Shown one piece after another: positions 52,085-64,000 of a DNA stretch of 64,000 nucleotides. Within the stretch, counting starts at the first letter, position 1. Each line of letters starts with the position of its first letter. Origin of the DNA: Tubiluchus corallicola (Eukaryota; Animalia; Priapulida); assembly GCA_030141605.1 (NCBI GenBank), contig JAQGDQ010000261.1:124001-188000 (forward strand), given 5' to 3'. The translations under genes and the position numbers were made by a program. The notes beneath the pieces were generated by a model. It saw nothing but the letters and a program-made list of their open reading frames with translations, had not been told where the DNA came from and made no database searches.

Positions 52085-54286
52085 GGTTTATCCATTCGGC
52101 TGCTCAACAACAACGAAAACGAGGTCGGAGAGGTGGTGTGTTAGCCAGATTACGTAGAAGAGGTTTCCGTACAGCGTTACCAAGTATGTAGTTAATGAAT
52201 ATTCGTTCTCTTCGCAACAAATGGATGAACTGCTGTGTTACATGCACAAACAACAGGATTTTAGGAACTGCTGCATTTATAGTATCACAGAAACTTGGCT
52301 AGATTCTGCAGTGCCCGATCAAGCTATAACACCCCCAGGATTCACGCTCTTTCGTTCAGATCGTATGTTTGACGTCGTTAACAAGGAAAAGGGTGGTGGT
52401 GTATGTACGTTAGTTAATGATGCTTGGTGTACTAACATTAAGGTTCTCTCAAAAACATGCACTCCTGAGCTGGAAACAAATTGGAGCAAGACCTTTTGTC
52501 CAATGATACTCGAGAACTTTGGCAAGGACTAAATAAAATTACAAACTACAAACCGAAATAAAAAAATATTAACTTAGACGACCCAACTTTACCAGATAAA
52601 CTGAATAATTTTTACAGTCGTTTTGATAAAGAAACAGGACCATTATTAGATTATTTGAATAGGTCAACTTGCAATAACACTCCGTCTCTTGCTATACAAG
52701 AAAACGATGTGCAGCGATAGTTTGCCAAACTGAAATTTAAAAAATCAGCAGGGCCAGATCATGTAACATCGCGGCATGTGCGATACTGCTCAGATCAACT
52801 TGCGTATATTTTTACTCGTATTTATAATTGGTCTTTGAGCACTCGTAAATTCCTTAAACAGTTTAAAAGCAATCTATCATTATTCCTGCGCCAAAGAGAA
52901 ACCCAGTTACTACATTTAATGACTATAGACCTGTGGCTTTAGCATCAGTGTTAAGCAAAACACTAGAACGATTGATCTCACATTTCCTGAAATCTGTTGT
53001 TTCATCATTTTTGGACCCATTTCAATTTGCATATCGTGCTGATCGTTCCATAGGTGATGCTGTAGCTCGTGTTGTTCATGATGTACTAACACACCCTGAT
53101 AAACGTAGTTGTTGTACCAGAATCCTTTTCGTTGATTTCAGTTCAGCTTTCAATACCATTCTGCTACAAAAATTCTATTATATAATGACGGAACTCAACA
53201 TACCTGACTGGCTGTGTAATTTCGTACTTGAGTTCTTGACAGGGCGATCACAGATCGTCAAGATAATTAATGGAAATACTACCATTCTTTCAACTTCTAA
53301 GGTTGTTAATACAGGAGCTCCTCAAGGGTGCGTCCTGTCTCCAATCCTATACATGCTGCTTACATATTAACGTGAAGTATCTTCCCCAAATACTATGATA
53401 GTAAAATTCGCTGATGATACCACACTGGCGGGCCTTATTTGCAGTAACAACGAGATTAATTATTTTCAGGAAGTTCAAAATTTAACACGATGGTGTGAAC
53501 AGAATAATTTAGAACTGAATGTTTCAAAAACAAAAGAAATTATCATAGGTTTTTGAAAAGAGACTGATGGAAAGCACCTTTGCTTATAAATAATACAGCT
53601 GGAGAAATTGTTAAAGATTTCAAATTTCTGGGAATAAAAATTTCAAATGATCTTGAATGGGAAGCTAGTGTGCTCTGTTGTGTTAAAAAGGCCCGCCAGT
53701 GTTTGTACTTTTTAAGACGACTCAAATCATTTAACATTGCACCTGCTGTGATGGAGAGTTTTTACCGTGCAGTAGTTGAGAGCATCTTAACAACATCCCT
53801 CACTGTTTGGTATGGCGCTACCACGCAGGGAGATCGCAATGCTCTTGATCAAATTGTTAAATAGGCCTGAAAGATTATAGGAGTTGAACAGCAATCTATG
53901 GCATATTTGTATGAAACTAGGGTCGCAAAGAGAGCGCAAGTTATCATGAAAGATGAATTCCATCCAGGTAATAAATATGAAATGAAATTGGAATTGGTAA
54001 TTGAAATGCTCCCTCTGGTCGTACATTCCGCTCAATTAACGCTAAAACCACAAGAACTTTAAATTCTTTCTATCCCGTTGCAATTCGCACCACCAACAGT
54101 AAATTTCAGTAAATCTCCAATATTAAATCTTTATGTCACTGTACAACTGACTGAATTATTTGTGTTAATCTCCTTGTTGTTTCTATAAGTTATTGTTGTA
54201 CGTAAAACCACATAAATTTCATTGTATGTATTATGCTATAATGACAATAAATTGCTTACTCACTCACTCACTCACTTACTTACTTA
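52085..54286 (+). mobile_element. Rex1/Babar-clade LINE, decayed, with internal deletion near 52477
   Basis: RKRGRRGG..RLRRR..TALPS..NIRSL.NKMDEL; ITETWL; FRSDR; GGGVC (APE endonuclease); KSAGPD; DYRPVAL; DPFQFAYR; FVDFSSAFNTI; GAPQGCVLSP; KFADDTT; FKFLGI; CLYFLRRL; tail (CTCA/CTTA)n. Confidence 0.93.
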
Positions 54287-55879
54287 TCCGCACTTTTGTG
54301 GCCCCCGCCCGTAAAGTTGGCTTTCCAGTTCTTGATGATAATTGTTTGCCGTTGCTGTATCTTCTAATTGCAACTGAATTTTCTCCTTTGCCGTTTGTGA
54401 GCCGTTACGAATTTAGTATGCGGGAGAGATTCACTTACGTTTTTCTTAAGCATTGTTTAAGAATTTGTTGTTGTTGGCATCCTTCTGTCTCGGAAGACAA
54501 TGGAGTGTGCGAAGAATTGAGAATTTATAAGCGATGTAATTGGATAAAATTGAGAAAAACCGCTCTTTCACCCATTCCAACTTGTATTTTACGCTACCGA
54601 GTAGCTTTGAGTAGTTCACTCTTGCTCAATCGTACATACTACATAATTAATTGCCTGCTTGTTACAGCTCAATGCAACTGCCTTTTTAAACAATGAGTTT
54701 GAGACACTAGTGTTATAGAGACTAGCAAAAGACTCACAAAATATTTTTCTCACTAAATTAACGTCAAACAAAATGCCAATCATTCTGAGTCAAACTCTGC
54801 TGACTGTCCAATCAGCGTGCATATTTTTCACACGCCCACAGAACCGGTTCATTACCTCGTCTTTTGAGACAATGGGGGACATAAACTGCAAATGTGTATT
54901 GTGGTATATGTTATATTTTCGTGAAAAATGCTCAACTATTCATTGTTTGCAGGAGAAAAACCAGCCTGGTTTTAGATTTTATTACAAGTTGTCGATTGTC
55001 TGTATTGTCGATTGAAATTGCAGGTGAATTAGTGAAAATATAGTCAAATTTCGTTTTTTATAAGAAGAAATGCGCAGCGCTTATGTATATGAGTTACTGA
55101 TTTTGTTAATAATAAAATACGCAGTTTAGCATAATGTACGAACTTGCAAGCTAGATAAAGACAAGTATTTGACTTGTACAGAGAACTTTAAAAAGTACAA
55201 GAACTTTAAAAATACTTTAAAAAATACAAATTAACGTAACGAGGTTAATTAGGCCGATCATATGACATTAGCTTCAATGATCGAAAATGTAAAATGGCGT
55301 ACTTGAACACAGGTGACAATGAAATTTATTCAACCAGCCCGAGTTGGCAGGTTTAAATGATTCAAGGTTAACATGCATGTAAAAATTACAGACCGAGTAC
55401 TTCTAAATAGGTTTGCGCAGGTTATAGGAATGGCTAGTTAGCAATAGTTGATCCCTAGCAGCAGAGTTGAACTCGTCTACAGAATACGTGACCAGTGTCA
55501 GGATTATGTGGTAGGCGAGCACACTCATAGGAACCACATTCAGGCCATTTTTTACAGAGATTTTCAGGCAAAAAGTTCTCTTTGCTGGTCAGTTTTTATA
55601 AACTTCAGTAAGATCTTCATGTTTAATTAATTCATTCAAATTAATTCAAATGTGGTCAAAATATTTGCTATACATCAATGTAAAATTTCTATCCTGAAAT
55701 ACTCAATTTTATGCTATTATCCATCATTATATCTATCATGGCTGAAAGATGCCATTGGGCCTATGCTAGTCTTATAATTAATTTCCGTGGTATGTTTTAT
55801 ATATATATTGAAATTTTGGTCAAACAGCCTGGAGAAAAAACGTTCTAGTGGCGCCTGGTGGGCTCTCGGAAAAAATATA

Positions 55880-57535
55880 TAGTTCATTACACAGAGGAGA
55901 AACAGGGATACACGACGATGTGGGCTACATTTTAGGACGCTTCCACCGTAAGGAGCTGTGACCAGTTGATTGGAGGTTCTATAGCGGGTGGTTTTCGCTT
56001 GGGAAACTGCTGACGCAAAGCCACTGCTCTGACCCATTATACTCTGCCTGTAAACTTTAGTTCAGCCGAAGCTGCTGCTGGCTGCTACAACATAAGTGTT
56101 ATAATGTTATTCTATTAGCATCAAAAGGGAATTTTGCAAACACTGTGTAGAATGTCCGTGCATTGTTGATCATTGGTGGAAGGGTCTAAGAGGTTTTGTT
56201 ATAGCATACAGTTGCAATTTTGTGCAAAATGTTAGACTATGATGCTGTGCTGTTGGTATTGGTGTTGTCTGTATTGTCATCGTCGTCGTCATCATCATCA
56301 TGACGGAAAGAGGAGGAACAAGGCTGCCAGTGGCTGCCAAGACCGCCCCCCCCCCATTTTTTAGAAAATGTCAAAGAGAGAAACATGAGAACTCGACGGC
56401 AAACGGTAAGCAAATTTATTTCCGACTTTTTGATACACAATAGCGGGCCAGCGCTCCATAAATGCGAACAGTATGAGCGTTTCGGTACAGTAGCCCAATA
56501 ATATTTTTTATCATTAAAGTTTGTTGCCGAGTTAAATTATTCTGACTGTTAATACCTGCCTGACCAGATGTGTTCACCTGAAAGTCAGGATGTAGTTAAT
56601 TTGTTTGCATGTAATCTATTCAGGGGGCAGGCAGGAACAGTTAACAAAGCAGCTCGTTGAGTAGCATTAGCGTCTTTGCACAAAAGACTGTTAGTTAACA
56701 AAACGGCTCAGTTAGCACTGGAGCTTCGTTTAGCAGTGTGTTATAATAGTGAACAAGTGAAATAATAGAGCAAAAACAGTGCAAACATTGAAGTCCTGTT
56801 GAGCTAGCCTAGTACCAGAGAGTCGGTTTGGGAGATACAAATTGATGAGCCACCTCCTGATTGGACATTACCGACTCTTTGCTACTCCTTAGCGACTCTT
56901 TCCCACGAGTTTGCTGCATAAAAGGGCGTGATTTCGAGCACATTTCATCATTTACGCTTTAACCTCTTTGCTTTATCCACCTGTCATTGCTTTTCTACTA
57001 TACCCCTATAGTCATCCTGTAACGTATTCATGTTAAGTTGTCTTTGACTTGTGCTGCTGAATCATTTAAAAATAATGTTTGCTGTTTGTTCAACATCTTC
57101 ATCTTGCCTCGGAATAAAAAGTTTAGTAATTATTAAAAATATTAAGTTAAAGGTACATATGTTTTGGTAGTCGTCTTTTCGCCGAATCTTTGGATTTCTG
57201 ACAGCTAATAAATACTTAATTAAATTTTAATTAAGTTTCCGTTGCTATAGCTTTAAGTTAAATGCCAATTGGGAATAAATAAATCGTTTTTTGGTGCACG
57301 ACGCCCCTGAAGGCTGCACGATGGTGTGGATTACGTTTCGGAGCACCTCCACCGTGAGCAGCTGCGACGAGTTCATTGGAGATTCGATTTTCGGCAATTC
57401 TTGCTTGGAGAACTGCTGACGTAAAGCCATTGAACTCTGTCTATAACTTTAATTCAGTAAAAGCTGCTGCTGGCTTTGCTTTAGGTAAATAAACGAACAC
57501 TAGTTGAAATGTTCGCGCATTGTTGATTATAAGTG
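55880..57535. repeat. Diverged direct repeat pair (~55880-56180 and ~57280-57535)
   Basis: Shared aactgctgacg(c/t)aaagcca, aagctgctgctggct and aatgt.cg.gcattgttgat. Confidence 0.6.
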
Positions 57536-58789
57536 GATTTATATGCAAAATGTTCTGCAGGGCCTTTTCTAGTCAAATTATTATTTTTGTTGAGCAAAAG
57601 CTAACAAGCACTACCCATTGCTATTCTTGAGCCATTTACCAAATTTGTCAATGTTATCTGGATAATGCAAACATCCTGAACCTATTTTAGCGTTAAAATC
57701 TTCAGCTAAAGTTAGAATATAATTATCTTTTACTTATAGATTGTATGACTGCACCTAAATCACTGTAAAAACATTCTCTCGCAGCACAGGGTGTTTTTCG
57801 CTTACTGGCAATGTAGGTGCATAAACGCACACTATTGCATGTTTGTAATTAATATTTACTAGTAGCATACCCACCTACTCACTTGCGAAAAAGTGGCTTT
57901 AAGTCCTTCCTTGACTGCTATTTCTAGGTTGCTTCAGGTAAAATAGCACGCTTCAAAACTGCGCAACAGCGGTGCGTCGCTTTCTGGGATGTCTGGTTTC
58001 CAAGTAACAGTCATTGACTCCCGGTTAACAGTGACTGCGGTATCGGTAACAGACGTCTGAAGGTATTTTGCTTATAATTACCACGTGAATTGGAAAATAT
58101 CAAAACGAGGATATGGCTCGATTCCATTTTCGTTTTTATATTTCGGCCTTAGTTATAGCAAGCAGCCAACCAACATGACAGACTGTAAAGTTTTGTTTTT
58201 ATAACAGAGTCACGCCATGATTCTGCGACCCTAATTGTGAGTATGTCATGCCTGAATTGTTATGCAATAGAAATTAAAATTTATCAGTGGTAGTTAACCT
58301 TCTGCGAGAATCGATTTTATACAATTTAGACTATTGCAAGCTGGAATCTAACATTCAATGATAACCCTTTACTCAAATTACTGAACTATTCATCATACGA
58401 GAATGAAGAAGTACTATTAAAACAAGAGTAAAGTAAAGAAGCAGTAAGGTGTTGTCTCTGGCATGACTCCATATTGATTTTTGCAGCTTCTCTGCTGGTT
58501 GATCTGTTTCTTGGTTACATTCTCGTGTGAATGTAATCTTCATTTTGATCATCATCACAATCACTTTTCATTGTCATTTCCTTGTCCTTTCTATCATGCT
58601 GGTATTTCGTTTTTAGGCCTGTACAAATTTATCTTCTTAGCTTGAGCCAATATCTGAATATCTTGTAAAATTTTGAATTCTGTTTCGTTTGTGGGAAAAG
58701 TGTGTATTGCAATGTACATAATGTTATGGAATTTTGGAAAAATAAACTAAACTAAGAACGTGGATGTCTGCATGGTTAGTCAGGTGCTC

Positions 58790-58962
58790 AGTAAGTTTGG
58801 TACTAGTAAGTTTGGTACTGGTAAGTTTGGTACAAGGAAATTTTGGTACCAGGAAACTTTGACACTAGGAATTTTTGGTATGCAGTAATTTTGGTACTGG
58901 GGAAATTTAGTACAGACTAAACATGGTGCTGGTAAGTATGGTACCAACAAAGTTTTGGCATC
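58790..58962. repeat. Degenerate 15-bp tandem repeat (GTAAGTTTGGTACTA-like)
   Basis: gtaagtttggtacta gtaagtttggtactg gtaagtttggtacaa ggaaattttggtacca...; similar 15-mer arrays at ~63391-63436 (gacatttgggca). Confidence 0.75.
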
Positions 58963-59717
58963 AAAGTCACCAATGGACATCAATGTCACATCAGATCGAG
59001 GTGAAAGCATACCACTAGGCAAAGATATGAAACGTACCTTCAAAAAATGGTTAAGATTGAACCAATTCACAACGAATCATCTCAGAACTTTCGGTGAACG
59101 TACTCAAAGAATTCTGCTAATTGACAGGGTTGAGTTTCTTATTTGCCATCGTGAATTCAACAATAAACATAAACACGAACCTGGATATACTAGAACAAAT
59201 TTCACATTTTGAGCCATATTTTTTATCCATAATCTCGAGTTCACTGAGCCCCTCAACCAATAGGTTCAAGTCAAATTTGTTTCATACGCTCTTTCATATT
59301 GCTGTCTTCATAGATCCATATCTCCTTGTAGACATCTCCATATCTGAGGTCCACATCTTGTATACTGTATCTAAATAAGAAAACTCTTGGCAGGTGGAAC
59401 ATGTACTAAACGTGCAAACTCTTTGCATGTGCAAACTTAAGAGGTGGATTGTTTTGTTTTGTTTTTATTGTTTACACAAGAACGTATTATACAAGAATGT
59501 GTTGTTTTACTGGGCTTATTTTGAGATTAATGGTTTTTTGTAAGCTATAATTGTATTTATATATTGCATTTAATGAGAGATCAATTTTCTTCATGTGCAT
59601 ATATGTAGTTTCAGACATGCTTCTAAGAATAGTGCATCTTACGTACTTGTTGAAGCTCCTAACCTCGAATTATTGTGGAGCTGGTGACTTTTTTCTATCA
59701 GTTTGGTGGAATGAAAG

Positions 59718-59760
59718 ATGAATATAAATTTGGGTTTACTTTCTGTTCTCCTTTATATAG
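59718..59760 (+). CDS. Ig-superfamily (nephrin/KIRREL-like) gene, signal-peptide exon MNINLGLLSVLLYI
   Basis: ATG at 59718 with an in-frame TGA just upstream; hydrophobic; donor TAG|GTAAGC, phase 1; continues A-V-N-G-Q-F in the next exon. Confidence 0.75.
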
Positions 59761-60052
59761 GTAAGCATCAATGTGTGATTAGTTCAGTTTCTCCGTTATT
59801 TCAAAATTGTTCATATGCTGATAATTGATGTGATAAAATTTATAAATCACAGTTCAGCAAATTAATTTTCCATCTTTTAAAAACATTATCGTTGCAGCTT
59901 TTTGCCTCAATATCTCAATAACTTGCAGACATTGGTGTTAATTTCGCTTAATAATAAATTTACTATACCGATTCTGGTGCATAACACATTAAGGGAAGGC
60001 ACACTGGAAGAAAATTTGGTATAAATCTGCAGCTAACATTTATTTTCTTCAG

Positions 60053-60370
60053 CTGTAAATGGACAATTTTCAATGCATCCAACTGACACAAGTGTTGCTG
60101 TTGGCGGTACAGCCACAATGGGATGTATCATAAGTGATAACTACAGAGGTAGCCCTAGCTATGATGCCATTTGGGAGCATAACGGCAAAGAGTTGACAGT
60201 TGGATCAGATGTACACTTTAAACGTAATGATGCTGATCGTATACGAACTGGTGATTACACGATTAATATTGAAAGCACTTCACTCAAAAATGCTGGCACA
60301 TATAAGTGCATTCTTCGAGAAAATACTTTGTCAAAAGATGATTCAAATGAAGCTGAGCTGCGTGTAGTTG
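60053..60370 (+). CDS. Ig-superfamily gene, Ig domain 1 (V/I-type)
   Basis: Acceptor TTTTCTTCAG, 318-nt phase 1-1 exon; F..HP.D..V.VG.TATMGC...W.HNG...GDYTINI...NAGTYKC...AELRVV; donor G|GTATG. Confidence 0.92.
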
Positions 60371-60771
60371 GTATGTTATTCACCTTTAGTAGATGAAATC
60401 AAAATGCTTACGATTGGCCAGTAAAATTATAATCTACATATAAATTATTATATCTGATAAATAAGAGCATTATGCTCAATACATAAAACTTGTAAAGCTT
60501 AAGTTTAAAGTTATATTTTGTTTTTGCACCTGTAGTTTAGGTTTGGCTTAACTTAGGTTTTGCACTGATGCATTTGCCTCCAACATTTCTAGGTGTTTCT
60601 TAACTTTCCCTGATTGAGTATCTTAATATTTTATTGTGATTTTCTATACTATTATTTCAAATAAAGATGTTACTTACCTACTTACTAACTGGCCATGATA
60701 CCTGCACTTTGTTCTAGCATTAAATTTGCTTTGTTATTTTTCAGTTTACTGTCATTTTTCTTTCATTTCAG

Positions 60772-61098
60772 AAACAACATATTTTGAAGCTCATCCTACT
60801 GGCGAGTACTTGTTCAAAGGATCATCTAAAATACTTAACTGTCAGATTGCAGAATCTTATAAAAGTCATGCTAATGTAGAATGGCTGCAAAACAATAACA
60901 TTTTCTCATTAGATGCTGCCAGTAACATTAGTTATGCAGTGGAATTTGAAAGTGATCGATTGCTTACTGGCAATTATAGTATTGTAATCAGTAATATTGA
61001 CATAAATCATGGTGATGGTGAATACCAGTGCAAATATACAAGTAATGTCAGTTCTTCTATAGTAACCTATTCATTTCCAACAACAGTAGGAGTTCTTG
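60772..61098 (+). CDS. Ig-superfamily gene, Ig domain 2 (V/I-type)
   Basis: Acceptor TTTCATTTCAG, 327-nt phase 1-1 exon; FEAHP...ILNC...VEWLQN...GNYSIVI...DGEYQC; donor G|GTAAG. Confidence 0.92.
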
Positions 61099-61684
61099 GT
61101 AAGAAAACTGTATCAAACATTTTCATTTTCAACAAGCATGTACAATTTCATAGCTTGTGAATACAGCAGATGGCTGCTTGCACATGTCCTAGCTGGAAAT
61201 GTATTGTAGCATGGCATGGGTGGTAAGCATATCAGTTAAAAGTATCATAATTGTTTTTCTAAGGTTTCAGTTACTTTTTTGTTGAGAAAGATTCTCGATT
61301 TTGCAAATATAAGCTTACTAGCCGGCACACAAATAATCATACACTAATTACTTGTAATCTTGCAGATTATTTTCATATTTTTAGTTATTTCTGCAAATGT
61401 AATTTCATTACATCTGAGTTTACCTGTTAATGTGTAAATTGTTGCCTTTTTTGTTGCAAATTCATCTAAGAGTGCTCAAGTCGCAATGTGAGCTTATAAA
61501 ATAATAATTTCTCCTTATTGCAAAATTATTCCTTCCCAAATAACTCAAACATGTGTTTTTTTTGTTAATATTTGTATAAATACTTTTGGCATTTTTGGTT
61601 TACGTTCTGTGTAGTGCCAAATTTTTGCCTTTCTGTGCTTGTTTAAATCCTCTTATTTAATTTAAATGTTTAATTTTATTGCAG

Positions 61685-61825
61685 TTGAAGCACAAAATTT
61701 CCAGGTGACACTTGGTGACAACAATATAGCAGGTGGTACACAGACTATCATACCTAACAAAAAAAATTCTTTAGTTTGCTCCGGTGAAAGCAGTCCCAAG
61801 CCTGTTCTCACATGGTTTATTAGTG
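61685..61825 (+). CDS. Ig-superfamily gene, first half of Ig domain 3 (C2/CD80-like)
   Basis: Acceptor TTTTATTGCAG, 141-nt phase 1-1 exon; LVCSGESSPKPVLTWFI matches the C..S.P.P.LTW pattern of nephrin/KIRREL/CADM C2-type domains; donor G|GTATG. Confidence 0.85.
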
Positions 61826-62832
61826 GTATGTTATTAACAACATTCTGGTCAGTTTCTTTGTAAGTTGGGTGAGGGTTTGCTCTAAGTCATGTTTCTAGAT
61901 GTCAGTGCCTGGCAGTACTCATCACATTGACTTGTGCTGTTTTACATTAGTTTTGTTTTATCATTTGTGAATGGCTTAAGTCTAATTTTCAACTGTTTTT
62001 TCTAAGTGGTTCAATATTGATTAAAATATTATTTTAAGTCAAACAAAATTGAATGACATTGTAATTTTATTTTTGTTTTTCTATTGACACACTAATTTTC
62101 TTTCCGCTTATTTGCCCAAATTGTTATTGATCCAAAAATGCTTGAACACAACAAGACAGTAAATTCTCAATCACTGCAGAACTTGTTCATTCTAAAAAAA
62201 TTTTGCAGCAGTCACAAAAAATGACTGTATTTATTCTCATTGAAAAAATGATGTATTCCTATCTTTACAAATCAATATTGGCATCAGCTTTTGCGTTCAT
62301 TTCATCATAATTTTGGCTTAACTTTATCTGTGTCATTCATTGCAGAATAGCATTCAACTACAGGGTGATCCAAATTAAAAACGTTCCCCCAAACTAACTC
62401 ATAACCATTCATCTTGGTACAGCTTTTTATAAAAGAGGATCACGTCAATGTATAGCTCAGTTTCTCCTCTTTCCAATTAGCTATAAACTACCTAAGCTTC
62501 CCCCCACCAAGTGCTCATAAGACGTTTTTCTGCATGGTGGTCGTATAGAAACAGATGGCCAGTTTTGGAGGTATTCCTCCACTGTGCCTAGAGGACTTTG
62601 CAAACTTATATCCATATAACAGCTTTCCAAACCGTCACATTATCTGCATATATCTATAGCGTTTTGGAAAATCAGAAACCAAGCTACATAGTGATGTAGG
62701 TCTCTTTTGCAAGTGCTTCTACCAGGATGAAAGTTTATGAGTTAATGTAGGGGAATCCTTTTCTGGATGACACTGTACTTTCCAGATTCAACTCGTGTGG
62801 TTAAACGTGGTCTGTAATGCCTTTTTCTCCAG

Positions 62833-63039
62833 ACAGAATTCACGGAAGCAAAGAAGTGTATGCTGATGATTACAGTGAAGTAAAAGACTATACTACAGGA
62901 CTTATAACTGTTAGTAAGTCAATAATAGTTGACTTTGCTCATGGTCAGGATGGAGACAATGGGAAAATCTTATCCTGTAGGTTGCATGTACACGAGGCAT
63001 TTGAGGACAAATACATCAATATAACATTAAATGTGGAAT
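62833..63039 (+). CDS. Ig-superfamily gene, second half of Ig domain 3; gene continues beyond the window
   Basis: Acceptor CTTTTTCTCCAG, 207-nt phase 1-1 exon; DNGKILSC...ITLNVE; donor T|GTAAG. No stop or transmembrane exon seen inside the window. Confidence 0.85.
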
Positions 63040-64000
63040 GTAAGTTTGATCTCAATTTTAGTACCTGGTGACCATATATGATCACTGCGAGGTTGAACTG
63101 CATTTATTGATACTGTTACACTTGTTCACTTAATTTATTAGTGTTATAAATTACTGTTGATTTTTGCTTTATGAGGTATATAATTCCAAGCAGAGGAATT
63201 GGTTTTGTTTTCTTTTTGTTTTGTCCGATCTTCTGTACTAAAGTATTGCGGTATTTGCCTAAAGCCAACTCCGACTCCCTTTCCAAGAGAAACAGAGTCC
63301 CAGTTAAATTAGAATAAACAAAAATCACCTAGGGTGCGAATTTGTAACTCGTAATATGTACTGCCAATCCGCAACCCATAATAAGTACATGACATTTGGG
63401 CAGGGATACACTTGGGCACAAGACATTTGGGCACCAATAAAATCTGATGTTGTACCTTCCTATTTTTTATTTTTGTGTATTAAATTTTTAGTGACTCACT
63501 CAAATTTCATAACTCACATTTTTTAAAAATAATTGTTTCACAAAATTAAAACATAGCAGAAACATATGCTATAACAATTATATCTAGTCTGTTGAATGCA
63601 CTTTCTAGATTTTTGCCTTAATTCAATATTTTATGTGTTGCTTTGAATGCTGCAGAAAACACCACAAATTTACATTAAAGTGAATAACAACTACGTGCAC
63701 CATGAATGAACTTCTTCACACCAAAATTTAGTGTCAGTGCAATTACTGTAGCAATTTGTCTAGTATTATATCATAATACTATATTCATTGAACACTTAGT
63801 GTACATTAGACAACCTAGAATGTGTTGTTTAGTTCACTAGTTGCTTGTAGCTAGCTCTCAACTCGAAAACGACTAGCTGAAGCAGTTTGTAAGTCATTTA
63901 AATTATGTATGTTTGTCAATATTGGGATCAACAATAATTGTAAGCATTTTTGCTGTATCTCTTACGAAATGGATGATAATATCATGCGTTCAGCAGCAGT

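Noticed and set aside
54193-54696. 167-aa ORF downstream of the Rex1 element
   Set aside because: Begins in the LINE 3' UTR/tail with a non-ATG start, has no domain motif and no splice support.
56689-57120. Solo-LTR-like segment (TGTTAG start, TATA-like cataaaa, 3' AATAAA); similar impression at ~13490-14173
   Set aside because: No clean TG...CA ends, TSD or second copy in the window.
58790-58962. Regularly spaced short repeats as a CRISPR-like array (also 16110-16288, 63391-63436)
   Set aside because: Contiguous degenerate 15-mers without unique spacers or cas genes, in a eukaryotic context.

Overview
AT-rich, repeat-rich animal genomic DNA with GT-AG introns, most likely an invertebrate; the species cannot be named from the sequence. 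No prokaryotic features, rRNA/tRNA genes or CRISPR arrays were seen. (1) Two tandem paralogous short secreted collagen genes lie on the minus strand, each spanning ~20 kb and apparently sharing a 4-exon plan: putative non-coding first exon, signal-peptide exon, one ~800-bp exon holding the whole Gly-X-Y domain and the stop, then an intron just after the stop and a 3'-UTR exon. Manual splicing gives gene A = 4669..4549 + 2819..2029 (303 aa) and gene B = 41313..41229 + 27188..26419 (284 aa). Both have an N-terminal CxC, no C-terminal globular domain and a terminal Tyr. (2) The 5' part of a nephrin/KIRREL-like Ig-superfamily gene lies on the plus strand (59718 to beyond 63039, five coding exons, continuing past the window). 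(3) The rest is mostly decayed mobile DNA: Rex1/Babar, RTE and CR1/L2-type LINEs, a Gypsy integrase relic, nested inverted-repeat DNA elements, a Penelope-type minimal hammerhead relic, three local tandem duplications (~0.87, ~1.19 and ~3.96 kb) and microsatellites. The collagen pair is the best candidate for an undescribed system. All gene models and alignments were made by eye and need transcript confirmation.
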